NCBI GenBank assembly: GCA_963790025.1
Contig: CAWBMP010000004.1
Location: 192,001-256,000 of the forward strand
Reading direction: 5' to 3'
Source of the DNA: Nitrospirota bacterium
GTDB taxonomy: Bacteria > Nitrospirota > Thermodesulfovibrionia > Thermodesulfovibrionales > Dissulfurispiraceae
Length of the DNA: 64,000 bases
Shown: positions 58,323 through 64,000 of the stretch, one piece after another
Numbering within the stretch: the first letter of the stretch is position 1
How the letters are laid out: each line of letters starts with the position of its first letter
Translations under genes and position numbers: made by a program
The notes under the pieces: generated by a model
Seen by the model: the letters and a program-made list of their open reading frames with translations, nothing else
Database searches by the model: none
What the model was told of the DNA's origin: nothing

Positions 58323-60032
58323 ATGACAAACTCGGGCATTATGACTGACAGGAAATTTTCAAAATTTACGTTGCGGCTAGTTATCGCTGCATCTCTTCTC
58401 ATGTTATTTCTGACAGTCGTATTTTCGATCTTTTCCACCTTCCAGAAAACTACGGATTATTTAGTACTATTTGCTCTGCCGCTCCTTGCCATAGTATCTG
58501 CCTTTGCCTTTCTCTACTTGTCAATTGTAAAACCGGCGAATCAGGTCGTAGAAATGGTCAATGCCTTTTCATCTGACGGAGGACCCCTGTCGGAGGGAGA
58601 GCGTGCAGCATTAAACTCTGATGTCATAAATCTGGCAGACACTTTAAGCGAAGCTGTCGTAAAACCAAAAAATTCGATAGCTACCAATCTGAACAAGTCG
58701 ATGAAAGTTGCCAACAAATCTGCTAATGCGATAAAGCGCGTTAAGGAGACGGCAAACAGTGCCAACAAGCAAAGTGAGTTAACAGATGTGATATTCAATT
58801 TGAGCAATGTTTCAAGCTCCGCCATTACTGATATGGCCAAGAATGCCCAGTCAATTTCCACCTCGACCTCGCAGAATCTTTCGACCGCAAAATCCTCTCT
58901 TGAGGAATTGATTAATGTTACGGAGGAAGTGAATATGATAGACACCAAACTATCGACATTCACCGAGACCGTTATGATGTTGAGCAAGAATTCGGACAGC
59001 ATCAGAGATATCGTATCAATGATAAAGGACATTTCTGACCAGACCAATCTGTTGGCGCTGAATGCGGCCATTGAGGCCGCCCGCGCCGGTGAACAGGGCA
59101 GGGGATTTGCGGTTGTGGCTGATGAAGTCAGGAAACTCGCGGAGAGGGTCAATTCGGCAACTGGAGATATATCAGGCAATATAGATGAAATGAGAGACCA
59201 GGTGTCAAGTACGCTTTCTGAAATAAAGGAAATCAACGAATTCACTTCACATCTGAAAAATGTAGTAGGCAAGACGTCGGATAATTTCAAGGGAATGCTC
59301 TCAGACTTTGAGAATAACAGCCATCAAATTAACGGAATAGCCCAAACAATTGAAAACCTGTCACAAACCAATGAAGATATTCATGAGAAAGTCTCTGATA
59401 TACGCACACTGAGCATCCAGACGAGCCGGCAAATGCAGGAAACGGAAGCTTACACTTCGGATCTGTTCGACATTGCCGAGGAGATGCAGGAGGACATGTC
59501 AACATTTATGGTCGGCACAGGTCTTGTACTTGAGGTCATCAGGAAGACAGCAGGATATAAGGATATCTTTGAGGGAAAACTCAGGGAGTATCATCACAAG
59601 GGCATAAATGTATTTGATAAAAATTACAAGGAAATACCCGGCAGTAACCCGAAGCGTTACAAAACTGCATACGATGAGCTATTTGAAAAGGAGTTGCAAC
59701 CTGTTTACGATAAAGCACTGCTTGATATCCAGGGGGCGATTTATGTGCTTTGCGTTGACGAAGGCGGGTATGCACCCAGTCATAACAGTAAGTTCTCAAA
59801 ACCACCTACGGGAAAGTATGAGATAGACCTTTTAAACTGTCGCGACAAAAGGATTTTCAATGACAAGGTCGGCATGGCATTGGCAAGAAATACCAGGCCG
59901 TTTCTGCTCCAGACATATATGCGGGATACCGGAGAAACAATCAATGATTTTTCAATGCCTATCTTTGTGGAGGGTAAGCATTGGGGCGCTCTCAGAATAG
60001 GCGTGCCGGCATCAGTGTTGGGGACGGAATAA
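58323..60032 (+). CDS. Methyl-accepting chemotaxis protein with C-terminal extra domain
   Basis: [35 protein letters not shown]; two adjacent TMs; Cache-like tail ending HWGALRIG. Confidence 0.93.
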   Translation: MTNSGIMTDRKFSKFTLRLVIAASLLMLFLTVVFSIFSTFQKTTDYLVLFALPLLAIVSAFAFLYLSIVKPANQVVEMVNAFSSDGGPLSEGERAALNSDVINLADTLSEAVVKPKNSIATNLNKSMKVANKSANAIKRVKETANSANKQSELTDVIFNLSNVSSSAITDMAKNAQSISTSTSQNLSTAKSSLEELINVTEEVNMIDTKLSTFTETVMMLSKNSDSIRDIVSMIKDISDQTNLLALNAAIEAARAGEQGRGFAVVADEVRKLAERVNSATGDISGNIDEMRDQVSSTLSEIKEINEFTSHLKNVVGKTSDNFKGMLSDFENNSHQINGIAQTIENLSQTNEDIHEKVSDIRTLSIQTSRQMQETEAYTSDLFDIAEEMQEDMSTFMVGTGLVLEVIRKTAGYKDIFEGKLREYHHKGINVFDKNYKEIPGSNPKRYKTAYDELFEKELQPVYDKALLDIQGAIYVLCVDEGGYAPSHNSKFSKPPTGKYEIDLLNCRDKRIFNDKVGMALARNTRPFLLQTYMRDTGETINDFSMPIFVEGKHWGALRIGVPASVLGTE

Positions 60033-60076
60033 TTAAAGGGCTTCTGATATAACGGATATGCTTTCATGGAGATCCT

Positions 60077-60937
60077 ATGGAAAAAATGATATTGAGCTAT
60101 GAAAATTTTTTCAGCATACTCGATACCATTCTTTCCACTCTGAATATTGATGAATTGCTGACGATCGTTGTCAGTAAAATACAGTCGATCGTCGGCGCCG
60201 ACCGGTGCACGCTGTATCTGTTTAGCGCTGAGACCAATGAATTATATTCCAAAGTCCTGCAGGCGGATAACCTTGTCGAGATACGGGTCCCCATCACGAA
60301 AACCAGTCTTGCAGGTTTTACCGCTGCAACCGGCAGGCTCCTAAATATAAAAGACGCCTATGACGATACCGAACTCGCGGGGATCGACCCGGAATTATCA
60401 TTCGACAGGACATGGGACCGGAAAAGCGGCTATTGGACAAAGAGCGTGCTTGTCGTTCCCATTCCCATGAAAGGAAGCGAGGAGTCGGGTGTTTTCGAGG
60501 CAATTAACAAAGCCGGCGGGTTTACTGACGACGATGTTGATACCGTGAAGCAGCTTGCCTATATACTCAGCATTGCCGTCAACAATGCGCTTCTCTATCA
60601 GATCGCGGAAGATGAGGCGCGGCTCAGGGAATATATAATCGATGACATTGAAGAAGGCATCTGCATCCTCGACACAAAAAAACGGATTATTTCAGCGAGC
60701 AGGTTCATGGAAGTAATGAGCGGCATGCGCTATACTGCTGCTGAGATGCGGGGCGAGGACATCTTCGATTTGTTCCCGAGCCTCGCCGGCACGGAACTGG
60801 AAGAAAAAATGAGCGAAGTGTTACGGGATGGTTTCAAGAAAGTAGCTCAGCTCGAGGTGCTTCAGATAAAGATTGTTCCTTATCTGAATGATAAAGGCTT
60901 AACGACGAAACTGATACTGATATTAACGAGAATGTAA
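60077..60937 (+). CDS. GAF plus PAS domain protein
   Basis: ADRCTLYL, NIKDAYDD..F....D.KSGY.TKS, AINK.GGFT..D; PAS-like EEGICILD. Confidence 0.85.
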   Translation: MEKMILSYENFFSILDTILSTLNIDELLTIVVSKIQSIVGADRCTLYLFSAETNELYSKVLQADNLVEIRVPITKTSLAGFTAATGRLLNIKDAYDDTELAGIDPELSFDRTWDRKSGYWTKSVLVVPIPMKGSEESGVFEAINKAGGFTDDDVDTVKQLAYILSIAVNNALLYQIAEDEARLREYIIDDIEEGICILDTKKRIISASRFMEVMSGMRYTAAEMRGEDIFDLFPSLAGTELEEKMSEVLRDGFKKVAQLEVLQIKIVPYLNDKGLTTKLILILTRM

Positions 60938-62718
60938 TGACGGAACCGGTCAGGACTCTGGACATTTGCGGCCCACGCGAAATAAGGAAACCCTCGAGTA
61001 AGAGCTTTGAGGAACTGCTGATCGAAAAAGGATTCGTTACAAAAGAACGACTGCAGGAATACCTCGCAAGGGCCACAAAAGAGAAGAAAAATCTTGAAAA
61101 GATCCTCGTTGAAATAGGATTGGCCGAAGAGAAGTTGGCTATTGTAAAAGCCGAATATCTCGGCTACGAGTTCATCGACATATCCCGATATCCGCTGCAG
61201 TCCGATTTGTTGAAATATATAAAACCGGCCTACGCTAGAAATTACAGAGTGCTGCCTTTGAGATACGATGACGAAACTCTTACCGTTGCCATGGTCGAAC
61301 CGAGAGATTTTATGGCAATAGATGAGGTCCTCCGCATATACAAGGATGCCCGTTTCAGGATAAAGGATGTGAAGGTGGTGATGACCACATCGACGCATCT
61401 CTTCGATCTTATTAAAAATTTTTTTGCAATCCCCAGGGAGACGGAAAAGGAAAAAGTCCACCTCGGCAGCATTATGACCCAGCTTGCCGAAAGCTACAAA
61501 CCTGCCGTCAAGGTTGCTGATGTTGCGAAAGAGGAGGCTACTGAAAACAGCGCACCCATCGTGATGCTGGCAAACAAGGTGGTCGAAGACGCCTTTTATA
61601 AGAGATCGAGCGATATTCACCTTGAGCCCAGCACAGACTATTTGCGCGTAAGATACCGCATTGACGGTTATCTCCAGGAAGTAATGCGCATTCCCAAATA
61701 TGCACAGGACGCGGTCACAACAAGATTCAAGATAATGGCCGATCTGAGGATCGATGAGCGGAGGGTGCCTCAGGATGGGAGAGTGGATTTTACAAAATAT
61801 AATCCTTCTTTTCAAATAGACCTCCGTGTTTCCACAGTGCCTTCCTTTTATGGAGAGGATGTTGTAATGAGGATACTTGACAAGTCGAGCAACATTCTGA
61901 CGCTTGACAGGCTCGGATTTAACGACCACTGCATGAAGCTTTACAAAGAAGCTATCCGGTCGCCATACGGGATAATGCTCCATGTAGGCCCCACGGGCAG
62001 CGGTAAATCAACCGCCCTCTTCGCTGCCTTAAAAACGCTCGATACTGTTGATGTAAAGATAGTGACGGCGGAAGACCCGGTAGAGAGTACACTTGGAGGA
62101 CGGATTATTCAAAGCAGTATCAACCCCGTTACCGGTTATACCTTTGCCAAGGCACTGAAGTCCTTTATGAGGCATGATCCGGATATCATGCTGATAGGAG
62201 AAATAAGAGACCTGGAAACAGCAAAGGCCACGGTTGAGGCGTCCCTCACCGGACACATGGTTTTTTCCACTCTCCATACAAACGATGCAGTGGGAACGGT
62301 GACAAGGCTCATCGAAATGGGTATGGAAACGTACCTTATCGCGGACTCCCTTATTTTAGTGTGCGCGCAAAGGCTTGTCAGAAGGATTTGCATGAAATGC
62401 AAAGAGCCGTACATTGCCACAAAGGAAGAAGAGGAGTTGTCAAAAGGCAACGTAAAGGCGGGCGTGACTCTTTACAGGGGACTGGGTTGCGACGAGTGCG
62501 ACGGCAAAGGTGAAAAAGGCCGCACTGGAATTTTTGAAGTGCTTTTGGTAAACAGGGAATTCAGAAATCTCCTCATAAAAAAGGCCGACACTGAAGAATT
62601 AAGGAGGGCAGCTCTCGAAAGTGGCATGATGACACTCAGGCAGGAGGCCATTGACAAAGCGTTAAAGGGTATCATTTCACTTGAGCAAGTCCTTGAAAAT
62701 ACTCTCCCGGACACTTGA
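60937..62718 (+). CDS. GspE/PilB family secretion ATPase
   Basis: SDIHLEP, RYRIDG, PQDGR, GPTGSGKS, EDPVE, DPDIMLIGEIRD, TGHMVFSTLHTN, two CxxC. Confidence 0.95.
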   Translation: MTEPVRTLDICGPREIRKPSSKSFEELLIEKGFVTKERLQEYLARATKEKKNLEKILVEIGLAEEKLAIVKAEYLGYEFIDISRYPLQSDLLKYIKPAYARNYRVLPLRYDDETLTVAMVEPRDFMAIDEVLRIYKDARFRIKDVKVVMTTSTHLFDLIKNFFAIPRETEKEKVHLGSIMTQLAESYKPAVKVADVAKEEATENSAPIVMLANKVVEDAFYKRSSDIHLEPSTDYLRVRYRIDGYLQEVMRIPKYAQDAVTTRFKIMADLRIDERRVPQDGRVDFTKYNPSFQIDLRVSTVPSFYGEDVVMRILDKSSNILTLDRLGFNDHCMKLYKEAIRSPYGIMLHVGPTGSGKSTALFAALKTLDTVDVKIVTAEDPVESTLGGRIIQSSINPVTGYTFAKALKSFMRHDPDIMLIGEIRDLETAKATVEASLTGHMVFSTLHTNDAVGTVTRLIEMGMETYLIADSLILVCAQRLVRRICMKCKEPYIATKEEEELSKGNVKAGVTLYRGLGCDECDGKGEKGRTGIFEVLLVNREFRNLLIKKADTEELRRAALESGMMTLRQEAIDKALKGIISLEQVLENTLPDT

Positions 62719-62766
62719 GGGAGAAGAATTCATTTTTTTCGTTAAAGACAATTATACCCCCGTTCT

Positions 62767-63999
62767 TCAGCAGTCGACCTGCCAGGAATCAAGCTCCCCT
62801 TGGGCATATTCCAGGTAAATTTTTTCCTGCATGAACAACTCAAGTATGTCCCCGTCTATCTTACCGTCTTCCTTCATAGATCCAAGAATATTTAGGGCCT
62901 GTGAAACATGCATTGGTTTTCTGTAAGGGCGGTCACTTGCCGTTAATGCCTCGAATATGTCGGCAATAGCGATGATCCTGGAAGGTATGGGCAATCCTTC
63001 GGCCTTTAAGCCGAACGGATAGCCGGTGCCATCAAGTTTTTCATGATGTGCCGCGGCATACACCGGAACGTTTTTAAGTTTCTTGGGTAATGGCAGACTT
63101 TCCAGCATTTTGAATGTCACAAGGGCATGATTTTCAATCACTTTTCTTTCTTCGGCAGTCAGCGAGCCTTGCCTGATCGAGAGGTTTGACACTTCATCTT
63201 CAGTAAGATACGGCACATCCCGGCCATTGCAATTCCAATTATTGGAGGCGATCTTTTTGAGCCTGTCGATTTTCGCATCATCCATAAACTCGCCCGGTTG
63301 ATTGCAGTTCAGAACAAACTTCTCCTCTTCAACGAGAGAATTGCACTCCTGTTCGCATCTCCCGTCTATCTCCTCAAATTCTTTTACATGCGCTCCCGCG
63401 GCTTTGTAAACTTTGAGTTTGTCTTCAAGCGCCCTGATTCTAGCATCTCTTTTGAAGACTTCATATTTTAAGGTTATCATGTGCGCCATATCGAATATCT
63501 TCTCAAGTTTGGTGGACTTATCTGCCACATGCTCGGGCGTGACGATCTTTCCAATATCATGCAGCCATGAAGCAATGCTCAGTTCTTTAAGCTCTTCTTT
63601 ATTCATTGAGAAGTCTTTGAACGGTCCCTCGGTCTTTTTACTCATGCACACGGCAATGCTCATGGCAAGTTTCTGCACTCTCTCAATATGGCCCGCCGTA
63701 TAATGCGATTTCTCATCTATTGCAAGAGCAATAGTCCTTATAAAAGAATCGAAAAGGTTCTCCATGTCTCTATACAGTTTTACATTAGATATTGCGACAG
63801 CAGCCTGTGAAGAGAGGGATGCTATCAGATCAATATGGTCCTTTAAAAAGGGGACTGCCCTGTGCGTTGCGGGATCAATGGCGTTGATTAGCTGCAAGAC
63901 ACCGATAATCTCATCTTCCTTGTTTTTCATCGGGATTACGAGCATGGATTCCGAGCGGTAGCCCGTGACTGAATCATATTTTCGGGTACCCGAAAAATC
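62767..63999 (-). CDS. GAF plus HD-GYP phosphodiesterase (5' end outside the window)
   Basis: LHDIGK, HHEKLDGTGYP, IADIFEALT..RPY; frame open to the window edge. Confidence 0.92.
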   Translation of the reverse strand, partial: DFSGTRKYDSVTGYRSESMLVIPMKNKEDEIIGVLQLINAIDPATHRAVPFLKDHIDLIASLSSQAAVAISNVKLYRDMENLFDSFIRTIALAIDEKSHYTAGHIERVQKLAMSIAVCMSKKTEGPFKDFSMNKEELKELSIASWLHDIGKIVTPEHVADKSTKLEKIFDMAHMITLKYEVFKRDARIRALEDKLKVYKAAGAHVKEFEEIDGRCEQECNSLVEEEKFVLNCNQPGEFMDDAKIDRLKKIASNNWNCNGRDVPYLTEDEVSNLSIRQGSLTAEERKVIENHALVTFKMLESLPLPKKLKNVPVYAAAHHEKLDGTGYPFGLKAEGLPIPSRIIAIADIFEALTASDRPYRKPMHVSQALNILGSMKEDGKIDGDILELFMQEKIYLEYAQGELDSWQVDC

Positions 64000-64000
64000 G

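Noticed and set aside
60880..61983. Long antisense ORFs (also 58541-59290, 37579-38322, 28484-29203, 8650-9342)
   Set aside because: Shadow frames opposite well-supported genes, with no motifs

Overview
A mostly core chromosomal segment of a Gram-negative bacterium. The gene complement (AOR, LarC, multiheme cytochrome, sigma54 two-component system, PilB-like ATPase) suggests an anaerobic Nitrospirota- or deltaproteobacteria-like organism, which is inference only. Core genes include coaD-rsmD-purN-flgM, yceD-rpmF-plsX-fabH, an AddAB-like helicase/nuclease pair, tRNA-Val(GAC) and tRNA-Thr(CGT). Four parts stand out. (1) A 4.6-kb integrase-less island at tRNA-Val is bounded by a 35-bp att repeat and carries two 163-bp IS21-type MITEs, a RAYT-like remnant, BrnT/BrnA and an intact-looking IS110. 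For the IS110, the bridge RNA, guide segments, 2-bp core, REP-like target and circle-junction promoter can all be read from the sequence. (2) An operon encodes an S51 peptidase fused to a CysRS C-terminal domain, a CelD/FemAB-like GNAT, an MshA-like glycosyltransferase and a PIG-L deacetylase. It is a candidate non-canonical, possibly tRNA-dependent, mycothiol-like thiol pathway. (3) A heme-c sensor kinase/sigma54 regulator pair lies beside tandem MFS exporters that have a sigma54 promoter. (4) A small FlgM-N-terminus-like protein sits behind a sigma28-type promoter. All calls are by-eye motif recognition, and no database searches were run.
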